A stretch of 64,000 nucleotides of DNA, from assembly GCA_965227295.1 (NCBI GenBank), contig OZ245742.1, positions 3,968,001 to 4,032,000 on the forward strand, in the 5' to 3' direction. Below the pieces are notes generated by a model. The model was given only the letters and a program-made list of their open reading frames with translations, was not told where the DNA came from and ran no database searches. The translations under genes were made by a program, and so were the position numbers. How positions within the stretch are numbered: position 1 is the stretch's first letter; each line of letters begins with the position of its first letter. Positions 19,251-29,504 of this stretch are shown here, one piece after another. The stretch is from Leptonemataceae bacterium (GTDB taxonomy: Bacteria; Spirochaetota; Leptospiria; Leptospirales; Leptonemataceae).

Positions 19251-19609
19251 GAGGGGCTGACCAAAAAGGTCCTGGATACGGACTCGACGAACGGATCCTG
19301 GAAAAAGGCGACGGCCGGTTGAGACTCTGTGCATGTCAGATCCGCACGCAGACGAACTTTTCCCTGAAACGACCGAATTGAGCGGTGCCTCGCGGAAGCC
19401 CAGGGCGCAGAAGTTCAAGCCGTATGTTCAAAACGAGAGTTATCTTTTCCCGCCGAGTACGGAAGATTACGTGGAGCCGGGGCATCTCGCGCGGATCGTC
19501 AGCGAGGTTTAAAAGAATGAGCTGCGAACGGAGCCAGGGGGAGCGGAGCTCCCCCCAATAAAATGAATGCCCGATCTTTCCTGACAGGCCACTTATTGGT
19601 CAGCCCCGC
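19251..19609 (+). mobile_element. Internally deleted IS1182-family element
   Basis: Terminal inverted repeats gaggggctgaccaaaaag (19251-19268) and cttattggtcagccccgc (19592-19609), 16/18 match, enclosing a transposase N-terminal stub. Confidence 0.75.
19333..19512 (+). pseudogene. IS1182-family transposase N-terminal fragment (59 aa)
   Basis: MSDPHADELF...KFKPYVQNESYLFPPSTEDYVEPGHLARIVSEV* resembles the IS1182 N-terminal pattern FKPY..Q..L.PP...D....HLAR.V. Confidence 0.75.
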
Positions 19610-19670
19610 TACACTCGCGGCGATGCGCCCAAAAACAAACTACCTCACAATCTTCAGGCCGTCCACTAAC

Positions 19671-20642
19671 CTACTCATCCCCCGCCAGGACTTCGACCAT
19701 ATCGTGACGCACGCGTTTATGAATCGCGTCGTACTCCGGTGAGTCTTTCCCGTAGGCGAGAAGGGCGTACCGTAACAGATGGCCGTTCTTTTTCTTCTTA
19801 AAGAGCGTGTGGTTCTTATGGTCCTGGCGGCGGTCGGCGAGCACTTCTTCGTAACGATAACAGGCAGCAAGCAGACGATGCGCCTCGGGATCCTGCTTGT
19901 TATCTTCGCGCAGGCTCATGTAGCGCTCCAGGATGAAGATGCAGTCCGTTAAGTTGCGCGACTTAAACTGCTGCTTCACGTACTGGCGAAAGACCTGTTC
20001 TTTGAGATCGAGGTACGGTGCCGAGTCGCGGACCGAGGGATTCTGAATGCTGTCGAGAATGCGGATGGCGCGGGTCAGCCGACCAACGGCTTCACGACGA
20101 TACTCGGCGCGGACCTGCTCCATGTGTTTGCGAATGCGTTCCGTTCGTTCGGAGTTGCGCCAGGCCTCTTCTTTGAGCGGGCGATCGGCTTCGAGTTCGG
20201 CGCGCGTGCGTTTTGCGGCGAACTCGCCGGCCTTGATCGTTTGCAGAGATTCGCGGTACTGGCGTCGGGCCTGCTCCAGGCGTTCCATAGAGGTTTCGCT
20301 GGATACGTCGTCCAGGATTTTCAGTTCGGGAAAGAGCGGGGAGATGTCTTCGTCGACCCACTTCTGGTCGTCGCGGTTTTCCTCTTCGACGCCCGAAGAA
20401 CTGTCGTCGTTCTCGCCTTTGTCGAAGGCGTGGTCAAAGAGGTTGTCCTCAGACGTTTGCTCAAAATCATCGTTGCTGCCGAAGAAAAACCGTTCGTCGG
20501 TACCGGATTCGTCCGGTCGCACGCGGACCTTGCCGTCGCCGTCCGCAGGGACATCGTCCTGCTCGGCGACGAGCGGGAATGCCAGGGCCAGAGCGGCGAC
20601 GAGCACGAGAATCTTCTTACATAGACGGAGACGCAGGTCCAT
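19671..20642 (-). CDS. FcpA-related periplasmic flagellar protein
   Basis: Signal peptide; AIRILDSIQNP, ILERYM, AHRLLAACY, KKNGHLLR..LAYGKDSPEY resemble the Leptospira FcpA C-terminal half as I recall it. Start at ATG 20642; the longer ORF is the lysA antisense shadow. Confidence 0.75.
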   Translation of the reverse strand: MDLRLRLCKKILVLVAALALAFPLVAEQDDVPADGDGKVRVRPDESGTDERFFFGSNDDFEQTSEDNLFDHAFDKGENDDSSSGVEEENRDDQKWVDEDISPLFPELKILDDVSSETSMERLEQARRQYRESLQTIKAGEFAAKRTRAELEADRPLKEEAWRNSERTERIRKHMEQVRAEYRREAVGRLTRAIRILDSIQNPSVRDSAPYLDLKEQVFRQYVKQQFKSRNLTDCIFILERYMSLREDNKQDPEAHRLLAACYRYEEVLADRRQDHKNHTLFKKKKNGHLLRYALLAYGKDSPEYDAIHKRVRHDMVEVLAGDE

Positions 20643-20681
20643 ACTTGTGCTTCGGCAAATTTTTTCAGAACGTGAACGATT

Positions 20682-21953
20682 ATGTCCGATTTTACGCCGA
20701 CAGATATCCCTCTGAACTACCGGGATGGAGCCCTGCATTTCGACGAACTGGCTGTCGAGGCCCTCGCGCGCGAGTTCGGCACGCCGCTGTACGTGTACTC
20801 CGCGGCGGCCATCCGGGCGCGTCTGGCGGAGTTCGCGGCCGGTGCCGGGAGTCGCAAACACCTTGTTTGTTATGCCGTAAAGGCGAACTCGAATCTCGGC
20901 ATTCTCAAGCTTGTCGCCGATACAGGGGCGGGGGCCGACATCGTGAGCGGCGGCGAGCTCTTCCGCTGCCTGCGAGCGGGCATTCCGGCGGATCGCATCG
21001 TGTTCTCCGGCGTCGGCAAATCGGACCAGGAAATTCGCGAGGCCCTGGCAGCGGGCATCCTCATGTTCAGCGTTGAATCCGGCGAGGAACTGCGGCGCAC
21101 CTCGGAGCTGGCCGTGGCAGCGAATCGAACGGCGCACGTGAGCATTCGCGTGAATCCGGACGTGGATGCGAAGACCCATCCCTACATCTCGACGGGGCTG
21201 AAAGAAAACAAGTTCGGTGTGCCCCACGGAGAAATCCTGGCTTTGTACGATCTGGCGATGGAGTTGCCGGGCGTGGAGCCGCGGGGGATCGGTTTTCACA
21301 TCGGTTCGCAACTCCTCGGCCTGGACGGCTATCGCGATGCGGCCGGGCGTGTGCGCGGTCTGGCGGCGGAATTGCGCAAGCGCGGCGTAAAACTCGAACA
21401 CCTGGATGTGGGCGGGGGCCTGGGCATTACTTACAACGATGAGCGACCGCCGTCTATCGAGGACTACGTGCGCACCATGTTCGAAGCGTTGCCCGAGACG
21501 GAGTTCGGTGATCTGCGCATCGTTTTCGAGCCGGGACGCTCCATCGTCGGGAATGCCGGCGCGTTGATCACACGCGTTTTGTATCGCAAGTCCAACGAGG
21601 GCAAACGCTTTCACATCATCGACGCGGCCATGAACGATCTCATCCGTCCGGCTTTGTACAGTGCCTACCACGAGGTCTGGCCGGCCGTCGAGGAGCGCCG
21701 CACGGCTTCAGGTCCCGCCGATCTGGTCGGGCCGATTTGCGAAACCGGGGATTTCCTGGTGCGCGATCGGGAGTTGCCGGACTTCGAACAGGGCGACCTG
21801 GTGGCCCTGGCCTCGGCGGGGGCCTACGGTTTCGTCATGGCTTCGAATTACAACAGCCGTCCCCGGGCCGCGGAGGTCCTGGTGGACCAGGGCCTGCCGA
21901 AACTCATCCGGCGGCGGGAGTCGTACGAGGATCTCATTCGCGGCGAGGAGTGA
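20682..21953 (+). CDS. lysA: Diaminopimelate decarboxylase
   Basis: FGTPLYVYS, YAVKANSN (PLP lysine), HPYISTGLKENKFG, HIGSQ, EPGRSIV, GPICETGD, MASNYNSRPR. Confidence 0.98.
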   Translation: MSDFTPTDIPLNYRDGALHFDELAVEALAREFGTPLYVYSAAAIRARLAEFAAGAGSRKHLVCYAVKANSNLGILKLVADTGAGADIVSGGELFRCLRAGIPADRIVFSGVGKSDQEIREALAAGILMFSVESGEELRRTSELAVAANRTAHVSIRVNPDVDAKTHPYISTGLKENKFGVPHGEILALYDLAMELPGVEPRGIGFHIGSQLLGLDGYRDAAGRVRGLAAELRKRGVKLEHLDVGGGLGITYNDERPPSIEDYVRTMFEALPETEFGDLRIVFEPGRSIVGNAGALITRVLYRKSNEGKRFHIIDAAMNDLIRPALYSAYHEVWPAVEERRTASGPADLVGPICETGDFLVRDRELPDFEQGDLVALASAGAYGFVMASNYNSRPRAAEVLVDQGLPKLIRRRESYEDLIRGEE

Positions 21954-21982
21954 TTCCGCGGGACCTCGGTCCTCGGAGTCAC
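21950..21982. repeat. Collapsed (spacer-less) copy of the REPIN/MITE-like element
   Basis: Contains the right arm cctcggtcctcggagt and folds with gtgattccgcgggacc across the lysA stop. Confidence 0.6.
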
Positions 21983-22047
21983 CTTCTTCCCCGTTTTCAC
22001 TGGAAATTTTCGATGTACGGGCCGATACTGTAAAGAGCGATCCGGAC

Positions 22048-23187
22048 ATGTCGAAACCGCTGATCAGATTTCCCGCACCGGCCGTCTGTGCCGCCCGGCT
22101 CGTGTTGTGCCTGGGCCTTGCCGTGGTGCTCGTGGGTCCGCTGTCCGCGGAGGCTCCCGACGAAACGAACATGGGTCGCTTGATCCAGCGGAACCAGAGC
22201 AATCTGCGGTACTTCGACAACGTGGTCAGCAACCTGCCGCTTGAAGACGGCCAGGGCAATCCGAACTCCCTGCGTGCCGACATCATTGAACGCTATCGTC
22301 TGGCCCTGCAGCACGACTTTCACGCGAACCTCTGGTACATGCAGGGGAACTACTCCGGCACGCGCAAAGAACTGAAGATTTCCATGGATCACCTGCAGCA
22401 GGCCTACGAGCGCACGCTGCGGTTTTACAACGATACCACGGCTTCGCTGCTGGACGGGGCCGCGCCGCTGGTCGTGCGCATGCGCGATTCGTACGGCAAG
22501 TACTTCCTGAAAAAAGGTTACGCCAACCTGGAGCACGCCCGGGCCTTTCGTCTGCGCGGCTACAACATCAATCCGAACTATCACAAGAATCAGCTCTACT
22601 ACTATCGCCAGGGCATCAAACACGCGCGTGCCGCCCGACGTTATGCCGTCCTCGCCATGATCGAGGCGCGGTTGCCCCTTGAAGAACGTGAGCAATTCCG
22701 CCAGATCTCCTACGATGAGATCCGTTCGCCCGAGGGCCGCAAGCAGCCGCCGTTGAACGACTACGGCCGCGTCTCCACGTTGCTCCGCAATCTCATCACG
22801 CAAAAGCGCATCCCCGCTACGGTGACGTCACGCAATCTGGCCGAGCCGGTTACGCTCATTCTCATGGAAGTCCATCAGGATAACTACAACCGCCGCATTG
22901 ACACCCGGGATTCCGTGTGGCTGGAGCTTACTTCGAAGCTGGATTCGCGTCAGTTCTACACGGACTACGTACTCCCGCGGCGCAATACCGAAAACCGGAA
23001 CGAACTGGGCCCGGAAGACAGCGATCCGTTGGTGCCGCCGGAGAACGAAGACGACGCGAACGACGGCGCCGGTGACGACAACGCGCAGCCCACGGGTTAC
23101 CAGGACGTGCTGGATATGCAGGCTCCCGTGGCCGGTGATGGTTTGATCGATGAAGCCGGGGATGACCTGGAAGATTCGTATTTCTAA
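22048..23187 (+). CDS. OmpL37-family exported/surface protein
   Basis: Signal peptide; TNMGRLIQRNQSNL, QHDFHANLWYMQ, ARAARRYAVLAMI, EVHQDNYN resemble Leptospira OmpL37-family proteins; acidic tail. Confidence 0.65.
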   Translation: MSKPLIRFPAPAVCAARLVLCLGLAVVLVGPLSAEAPDETNMGRLIQRNQSNLRYFDNVVSNLPLEDGQGNPNSLRADIIERYRLALQHDFHANLWYMQGNYSGTRKELKISMDHLQQAYERTLRFYNDTTASLLDGAAPLVVRMRDSYGKYFLKKGYANLEHARAFRLRGYNINPNYHKNQLYYYRQGIKHARAARRYAVLAMIEARLPLEEREQFRQISYDEIRSPEGRKQPPLNDYGRVSTLLRNLITQKRIPATVTSRNLAEPVTLILMEVHQDNYNRRIDTRDSVWLELTSKLDSRQFYTDYVLPRRNTENRNELGPEDSDPLVPPENEDDANDGAGDDNAQPTGYQDVLDMQAPVAGDGLIDEAGDDLEDSYF

Positions 23188-23204
23188 ACTTAAGCCGAAG
23201 CCGT

Positions 23205-23615
23205 CTACGAACCTTCCGGTTTCTTCGGCGGATCCGTTTCGAACGGTTTGCGGCCCAGCAAAATACCGAGGCCCTGCTCGACGATCGTTTGCGAGTTCTG
23301 CGCCATTTTTCGGGTGGTGTGTTCGATTAAGTCGCCGCTCATTACGGAGGAGAGGGCCTCTTTGAAACCCTCGCGCACCTCTTCACGGAACTCGGGCATG
23401 AGTTCCTGGCCGGCTTCGAGTACACCCTCACGGAGTTGCTCTTTGACGTAACCGGTGGTGCTCTGAAGTTCTTCGATGATTTCTTCGTAGATCTTCTGAC
23501 GCAGATACGCGACGAAGAAAACGTAAGACGCGCTGAGCGTCAGAATGGTGGTCAGCACTGCCGTAATCACGGCGAAGATGATCATTGGTGCGTACGAAGG
23601 TTCGGCAAAGTCCAT
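23205..23615 (-). CDS. Hypothetical membrane protein
   Basis: One TM helix followed by a helical region; starts 8 bp after the helicase stop. Confidence 0.75.
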   Translation of the reverse strand: MDFAEPSYAPMIIFAVITAVLTTILTLSASYVFFVAYLRQKIYEEIIEELQSTTGYVKEQLREGVLEAGQELMPEFREEVREGFKEALSSVMSGDLIEHTTRKMAQNSQTIVEQGLGILLGRKPFETDPPKKPEGS

Positions 23616-23623
23616 GGGTTTAC

Positions 23624-25777
23624 TCAGGCATCCCCGGAAGGCGCCGGGGAGCCCAGAGATTCCAGCCCGGCCAGAAGGCCTGTCAACGTATTTTGTTCGT
23701 CCGCTTCATCGACGGCGGAACCCTCGCGCACGATCCATTCCACTGTGCCTTCGGGCAGTTCGTCCCAGAAGCGCGACGGTTCTACCAGGGTCGTTTCGCC
23801 GAATTTGCGCCGGGAGGAGGCCGCCGAGAGAAACAGTTCCCGTTTGGCGCGGGTGATCCCCACGTAGTAGAGCCTGCGTTCCTCGGCCAGGGCCTCTTCT
23901 TCGTAGCCGCCCTCTTTTGCTTCTTCCAGGGAACGCGACGCCGGGAAGAGTCCTTCTTCCAGACCGGTGAGAAAGACCACGGGAAACTCCAGTCCCTTCG
24001 AAAGATGCAACGTGAGCAGTTGCACCCGGCCGCGTTCCCGGTCTTCGTCCTCACCATTGTCCGAAGCGAGCAGGGCAATGCGCGCGAGAAAGTCGAAGAT
24101 GGTCGGTGCGCCGGAGTCGTCCCAGTTGTCTTCCATGAACGCGAGCATGTTGATCAACTCGGAGATGTTCAGCATGCGTGCTTTCACCGCGCCGTCGTTG
24201 TCGTTGTCCCGGCGGAACTCCATTTCGAAGTTCAATTCTTTGACCAGCTCGGCGAAGACCGGTGCGAGCTTCGTCGCCCGGCCGAATTTAGAACGATAGT
24301 TGGCGAGCAACTCCAGGAACTCGTAGATGGCCGCGACGGCATCCGTGCGCATGCCCGGGATCAACTGCGCTTCTTCGCTGATGCGTTCCAGCACGGAGTA
24401 GACGTCCTGGCGGTGTTCTTCGTCCTGATCCAGGATGAACTGCGAAATCTTCGCGATGGAACCTTCGCCGATACCGCGCCGCGGCCGGTTGATGATGCGC
24501 ATGAGCGCGGTTTCGTCACGGGGATTCGCCAGCACGCGGAGATAGGCGATGAGGTCGCGGACCTCGCGACGGTCGAAAAACTTGTAACCGCCGACGACGT
24601 GATGTGGAATATTTCGATTGCGTAACTCCTGCTCGAAGGCGCGGGACTGGAAGTTCGTGCGAAAGAGAATCGCAAAATCTCCGGGCTGATTTTCGTTTTG
24701 GACGACACGTCGCTGGATCTCGTCGCTGATGATCTCGGCCTCGCGTACCTCGTCGGCCCCGATGATGCCGCGCAAAGGCTCGCCCATGCCGGCCACTGCC
24801 CGTAACTTCTTCCCGGTGCGGGTTAGATTGTTGCAGATGACCGCGTTGGCGGCGTCGAGAATGCGGCCGGTGGAGCGGTAGTTCGTTTCCAGGCGCACGA
24901 CCTTCGCCCCGGGAAAGTTTTTCTCGAAACCCAGGATGATGTTCACGTCGGCGCCGCGCCAGCCGTAGATGGACTGGTCGTCGTCACCGACGACGCAGAG
25001 TTCCCGGGAATCGCCGACCAGGATGCGGAGCAGTTCGTACTGGGCCGGGTTCGTATCCTGAAATTCGTCGACGAGAAAGTACTTCCAGCGTCGGCGGTAC
25101 TTCTCCAGGACCTCGGGATGTTGTAACAGGATTTGCTGCGGCAGTAAGATGAGATCGTCGAAGTCCACGCCGTTCAGCGAGCGAATGTTCTTCTGGTAGC
25201 GGCGAAAGATCTCGCCGAAGAGTTCCGCTCCTTCTGCGAAACCACGGCGTTCCGCGAAGACCTCGGGTTCCTCACCGGCATTCTTGCACAGCGAGAGGAG
25301 CGCGAGCACGTTCGATTCTTTCGCCGACGCCGGGTCCAGGCGCAGGCTGCGATAGATGTCCGCGACGACGTTCTCCTGATCCTCTTTCGCCAGGATCGAA
25401 AACGGAAAGCGATAGCCCGGCAGGCGTTCAATGTCCTTTTGTAAGATGCGATTGCCCAGGCTGTGAAACGTGGAGACCACCATGCCCCGGAGCTTCTTGC
25501 GCTCCAGCATGGAACTGAGCCGCGACTTCATTTCCCGCGCGCTCTTGTTCGTGAACGTCACCGCCACGATGGACTGGGCCGTCATGCCGCTCTCAATCAT
25601 CCCGGCGATGCGATGCGTGATGACGGTGGTTTTTCCGGAGCCGGCTCCCGCCAGGATGAGCACCGGCCCGCGTAGAGTACGCACGGCCTCGGCCTGTTCG
25701 GGATTGAGGCCGCGAGCCTTGCCGCCGGCCTTGCGTGCGGGGCGCGAGCGGGATGATGTGCGGTTGCCGGTGGCCAT
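23624..25777 (-). CDS. UvrD/PcrA/Rep superfamily I DNA helicase
   Basis: LAGAGSGKT, VTFTNKSAREM, VDEFQDTN, VGDDDQSIYGWRGA, NYRST, HLSKGLEF, EERRLYYVGITRA. Confidence 0.96.
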   Translation of the reverse strand: MATGNRTSSRSRPARKAGGKARGLNPEQAEAVRTLRGPVLILAGAGSGKTTVITHRIAGMIESGMTAQSIVAVTFTNKSAREMKSRLSSMLERKKLRGMVVSTFHSLGNRILQKDIERLPGYRFPFSILAKEDQENVVADIYRSLRLDPASAKESNVLALLSLCKNAGEEPEVFAERRGFAEGAELFGEIFRRYQKNIRSLNGVDFDDLILLPQQILLQHPEVLEKYRRRWKYFLVDEFQDTNPAQYELLRILVGDSRELCVVGDDDQSIYGWRGADVNIILGFEKNFPGAKVVRLETNYRSTGRILDAANAVICNNLTRTGKKLRAVAGMGEPLRGIIGADEVREAEIISDEIQRRVVQNENQPGDFAILFRTNFQSRAFEQELRNRNIPHHVVGGYKFFDRREVRDLIAYLRVLANPRDETALMRIINRPRRGIGEGSIAKISQFILDQDEEHRQDVYSVLERISEEAQLIPGMRTDAVAAIYEFLELLANYRSKFGRATKLAPVFAELVKELNFEMEFRRDNDNDGAVKARMLNISELINMLAFMEDNWDDSGAPTIFDFLARIALLASDNGEDEDRERGRVQLLTLHLSKGLEFPVVFLTGLEEGLFPASRSLEEAKEGGYEEEALAEERRLYYVGITRAKRELFLSAASSRRKFGETTLVEPSRFWDELPEGTVEWIVREGSAVDEADEQNTLTGLLAGLESLGSPAPSGDA

Positions 25778-25866
25778 GCCTTCCGGGCAGGGGACATAAT
25801 CCGGGGGCGAGCGTCAAGCGCGGATTGCGGATTGGGAGATTCTGTCGCAGGGGGACGAGAGCGCTC

Positions 25867-27021
25867 TTATTCGTTCTGAGTTTCCGATGACGATCCGGGG
25901 GCTGCCGTTTCTGGTTCGCCCGGGCCCGCTGTGGACGGTGCCGCTTCCGTGTTCGGCGTCGGCGCTTCGTTCTTTGCCTCCAGGCGTTCCATATTCCTGT
26001 GCACAATCTGCGTGTACTCGTGTTCTTCACCGAGCCGTTCCGTGAAAATTGCGAGCGCCTGTTCGTAGCGTTCTCTGGCCCGTGTCGTATCGCCGGAGTT
26101 CGCCAGCGCCAGACCCAGGTTATTGTAGCGCACACCCAACGCCACGCCGTCGCCTGAATCCGGGACGTCACCCGCCTTAAGAATCGTAAGCGCTTTCTCG
26201 TAGTATTCGATGGCTTGCGCATGTTCGCCCAGGCGATCATAGGCTGCGGCCATGTTATTGTAGCGCCGCGCGGTCGTCGCGGTGGCCGGCGGCTCGCCTT
26301 CGCCGGCATCAAGGGCGAGGGCTTCTTCGTAAGATTGAATGGCCTGATCGTAGGCCCCGGCCGCGTGATAGGCTGCGCCCAGGTTGTGCAGCAGCGCACC
26401 GATGCGCCGCCGGAGTTCTTCCGTATGCTTCGCCCCGGAAGCGGGCTGTGTGTTTTCGGTTACGGACTGAGTAAATCTGGCAAGAAGTTTGCGATCTAAA
26501 TATAAGGCGCGCTGAAGATAGCCCGTTGCTTCGATGGCCCGCCCCATATGCAGAAGCACGAGTCCGAGGCGGGCATAGAGCTGCGATGTCCGCGCGTCCG
26601 TCTCGCCGTACTCGCCGCGGGCGAGACCGAGGGCCGTTTCGTATGCCGTGCGGGCCGCCTGGAGTTTTTCACCGGTATTGTCTTTCAGACTCAGACGTTC
26701 GTAACTTTCGGCGAGTGCAACGTAGTACTCCGGACGGGCGTCGAGCAACGCCGCGGTTTCGAAAAGCTGTCGCGCGCCTGGAAAATCTCCAGCTTCTCCG
26801 CGACGCCGGCCGAGGAGATACGCGACGCGAGCCGCGGCCCGGTTCTCCACGCTCACGTCCGCGTCTGCGCCGGACCGGGCGCCGCCTTCGAATTCCGCGG
26901 CGCTCTCGGCCAGGCGTTCCAGGGCGGACCGCAACTCGCCGGCCGCAAGCGGCGGCGCGAACAGCAGCGTCGCCATCAGAGCCAGGGCGCGGCCCGGGAG
27001 ACTTCCCCGGCGGTGAATCAT
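25867..27021 (-). CDS. Tetratricopeptide repeat protein, exported
   Basis: Signal-like N-terminus and repeated NLGAAY/NNMAAAY/NNLGLAL...ALAI TPR helices. Start uncertain (27021-27054). Confidence 0.85.
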   Translation of the reverse strand: MIHRRGSLPGRALALMATLLFAPPLAAGELRSALERLAESAAEFEGGARSGADADVSVENRAAARVAYLLGRRRGEAGDFPGARQLFETAALLDARPEYYVALAESYERLSLKDNTGEKLQAARTAYETALGLARGEYGETDARTSQLYARLGLVLLHMGRAIEATGYLQRALYLDRKLLARFTQSVTENTQPASGAKHTEELRRRIGALLHNLGAAYHAAGAYDQAIQSYEEALALDAGEGEPPATATTARRYNNMAAAYDRLGEHAQAIEYYEKALTILKAGDVPDSGDGVALGVRYNNLGLALANSGDTTRARERYEQALAIFTERLGEEHEYTQIVHRNMERLEAKNEAPTPNTEAAPSTAGPGEPETAAPGSSSETQNE

Positions 27022-27066
27022 ACTATAGAAGATCATCAAACCAAACGTACGCAAGCAGAAATCTGC

Positions 27067-28206
27067 TCAGTATTGAACGCGAGTTTCGAGCACCGTCGCG
27101 TTTTCCCGGTCACGGATCCGGGCGACGACGGCGGCCTCCGTAAACTCCAGGACGCCGAAGTTCAAACCGGCGAAGAGTTCTCCGACGCGATGGCGATTCT
27201 CCTCGCTCCAGCCGACGGGCACGCTGTGGGTCATGCCGCTGGACGTTACGTCGACGATCTCCAGGCCGCCGGGCGTTTGCGTTCGCGAGATTTCTGCTAA
27301 GTGCCGGTCGCCGGAGATTAGGACCACGGCCCGGGGCCGGTGGCGGTCCAGGAGATGGTAGAGGCGCTTTCTGGCCGCCGGAAAGTTGGCCCACTTTTCG
27401 TAGCGGTGTTCTTCGGCCACGACCTGAACGCTGGAGACGATCACATGGACCGCCGCCCGGCTGTTCTGTAGCTGATCTTCCAGCCAGGTCCACTGGGCCT
27501 CACCGAGGATGTCCGCGGTCGCGGCGGCCTCGTCCGATTTCGGGCGGGCGTCGCGGTGATAGCGCGTGTCGAGCAGGATGATGCGTACGAATCGACCGGG
27601 GCGAGCGGCCAGGGGAAAATCGTAGGCCTCGTACGTGCCCTGGCGAATCCGTCGCGGTGCGTTGTCCGGAACATCGAGGAAGTCGAGCAGGGCGCGTCGG
27701 GCCGCACCCCGCAGCGGGAATTCGCGACCGCCATTGTTCTTGCCGTAATCGTGATCGTCGTAGATGCCCAGGACACCCGCACTCAGCGTCGCGGTGAAGC
27801 TTCGATAGCCTGGATGTTGTTTTTGCAACGCATAGGCCGCGCGCAGGCTCTGTTCGTCACGAACCTGTCCGGTGGGAATGCGCAGCCAGGCCTGACCGGC
27901 CACGCCCGGCCACACCCATACGTCGGCATAGACGATGTCGCCGGTCCACAGGAACGCATCGGGTTCGGCGGCGTGCAAGGTTTCCCAGAGCGGTTGATCG
28001 GCGTAGTAATCGTTGCATGAACCGAAGGCGAGCCGGGCCAGGACCGGGTTTCCCGCGCCTGGAGCCGGTGCCGGCGTGCGTACCGGTTCGTTCTTGAGTT
28101 CCGGGGGATAACATGCAACATAAAGCAAAAGCATTAGAAGCGGGAGCCGGAATCGGAGACGATGCGGGAGGCCGCGGCAATTTCGTTTTTTGGTGATTGT
28201 TTGCAT
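27067..28206 (-). CDS. Alkaline phosphatase D (PhoD-like) family protein
   Basis: AFGSC, WTGDIVYAD, YDDHDYG.N, LLDTRYHR, ISGDRH, TSSGMTH. Start uncertain; possible lipoprotein (VAC). Confidence 0.9.
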   Translation of the reverse strand: MQTITKKRNCRGLPHRLRFRLPLLMLLLYVACYPPELKNEPVRTPAPAPGAGNPVLARLAFGSCNDYYADQPLWETLHAAEPDAFLWTGDIVYADVWVWPGVAGQAWLRIPTGQVRDEQSLRAAYALQKQHPGYRSFTATLSAGVLGIYDDHDYGKNNGGREFPLRGAARRALLDFLDVPDNAPRRIRQGTYEAYDFPLAARPGRFVRIILLDTRYHRDARPKSDEAAATADILGEAQWTWLEDQLQNSRAAVHVIVSSVQVVAEEHRYEKWANFPAARKRLYHLLDRHRPRAVVLISGDRHLAEISRTQTPGGLEIVDVTSSGMTHSVPVGWSEENRHRVGELFAGLNFGVLEFTEAAVVARIRDRENATVLETRVQY

Positions 28207-28385
28207 GGCTGTGGTGTTTCGTCGATTCTCCGGAATTTTTGATTGCTCCGTCGGCTGTGTGCGAGCGACAAGAAACATCTCCATGCAACCTCTCGTGCCG
28301 GCCTTTCGCTCATGGAACTAAATTACCAATATTATTAAAATCTGTTAATATTATTGCGAGGCCGTTACGGCGTCGTTCATATTGA

Positions 28386-29504
28386 ATGTCACAGAATCAC
28401 CGACAGACCAACGATCCGGAGCAGCTAAAGAGAGTCATTGAGCGCGTCTTCGTGCCGGCGGGGACAATCTTTCTGCGGGATCGTAACGGTGATACCCCTT
28501 CGCGAATTTTGAGGTATACCTTTCCCGTAATGGAAATCCAGAAACCGCCCGGGGATGCGGCGCGGTTGCGTTTGCTGACGGTGGAGCATCGCGACCATCG
28601 CCTCATGATCGAGTGCGGCGTGCTGAAGAGCAACGAAAACACGGAGATGATCAAACCCCTGCGTTTGCACATCCGTACGAAGGAGCGCGCCGAAGCGCGG
28701 CTGAAGTTCGATCATACGGCGCGGGCCAACGAGCCCTACATTACCGGTACGCTGCCGGTGGACGGCGTGCCCACGTCGCTCGCCTCCATGGATGCGAAGC
28801 GGGATTCGGTCTTGCGGGTCTACGCCCTGGCGTTGAAGGAACGTTTCGATCAAGAAACCATGGTCAAGGTGCATCTGCGTAAGTCCAATCGTCTGGACCA
28901 TCGCATGCGCCCCATGAACAATCTGCGCAAGCCCATCTTCGCGCCGAACCGCTTCGAAGAGGAGGGCTGGCACCGCGAGGGCATGCACGAGTTTGTCCCG
29001 TTCTCCGAGTACCGGAAGATCCGCACATACGAGGACATTCCGCGGACTTATACTTCGGAAATTTCCGAGCCGCTCTGGTTTCGTGATCGTTATCTGTACG
29101 GTTATCTTCAGGTGATCCACCGGGAGATGCTGACCATCGAACAGTACGAGATGGTCGAGAAACTCGCGCGTAAACTGGAGGAGGATCTGCTCGGTTACGA
29201 CTGTTTGCCGAAGAATCCGCTCCGGTGCGTCGTGGAGGATATCTCGCACCACGGTATCGGATTTCTCTATCCGCGCGGGGCGCCGTTTTTCAAGTCGCTG
29301 ATGCCCGGCGAGGACATCTTTTTTGATTTGCATCTTCCCGGCCAGGATGATGCTCTGCGTCTGCAGGGCGTCATTCAGAACGTGAAGAATCTCACGGACA
29401 ATTATCGTTTCGGTGTGGAGATCGAACGCATGACGCCCGAAGAATCCGCGGCCATCGATAAATACCTGATCGAGGCCGAGGGTCGCAAGAACGAGGATGC
29501 ATGA
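28386..29504 (+). CDS. PilZ-domain protein (DUF1577-like, spirochaete type)
   Basis: KERAEAR (RxxxR) and C-terminal EDISHHGIGF (DxSxxG) c-di-GMP-binding motifs; YGYLQV. Confidence 0.7.
   Translation: MSQNHRQTNDPEQLKRVIERVFVPAGTIFLRDRNGDTPSRILRYTFPVMEIQKPPGDAARLRLLTVEHRDHRLMIECGVLKSNENTEMIKPLRLHIRTKERAEARLKFDHTARANEPYITGTLPVDGVPTSLASMDAKRDSVLRVYALALKERFDQETMVKVHLRKSNRLDHRMRPMNNLRKPIFAPNRFEEEGWHREGMHEFVPFSEYRKIRTYEDIPRTYTSEISEPLWFRDRYLYGYLQVIHREMLTIEQYEMVEKLARKLEEDLLGYDCLPKNPLRCVVEDISHHGIGFLYPRGAPFFKSLMPGEDIFFDLHLPGQDDALRLQGVIQNVKNLTDNYRFGVEIERMTPEESAAIDKYLIEAEGRKNEDA

Noticed and set aside
20643..21671. N-terminal extension of the 666-aa minus-strand ORF, and the 21661 start of the 508-aa ORF
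   Set aside because: Both overlap lysA; the signal peptides indicate real starts at 20642 and 22048.
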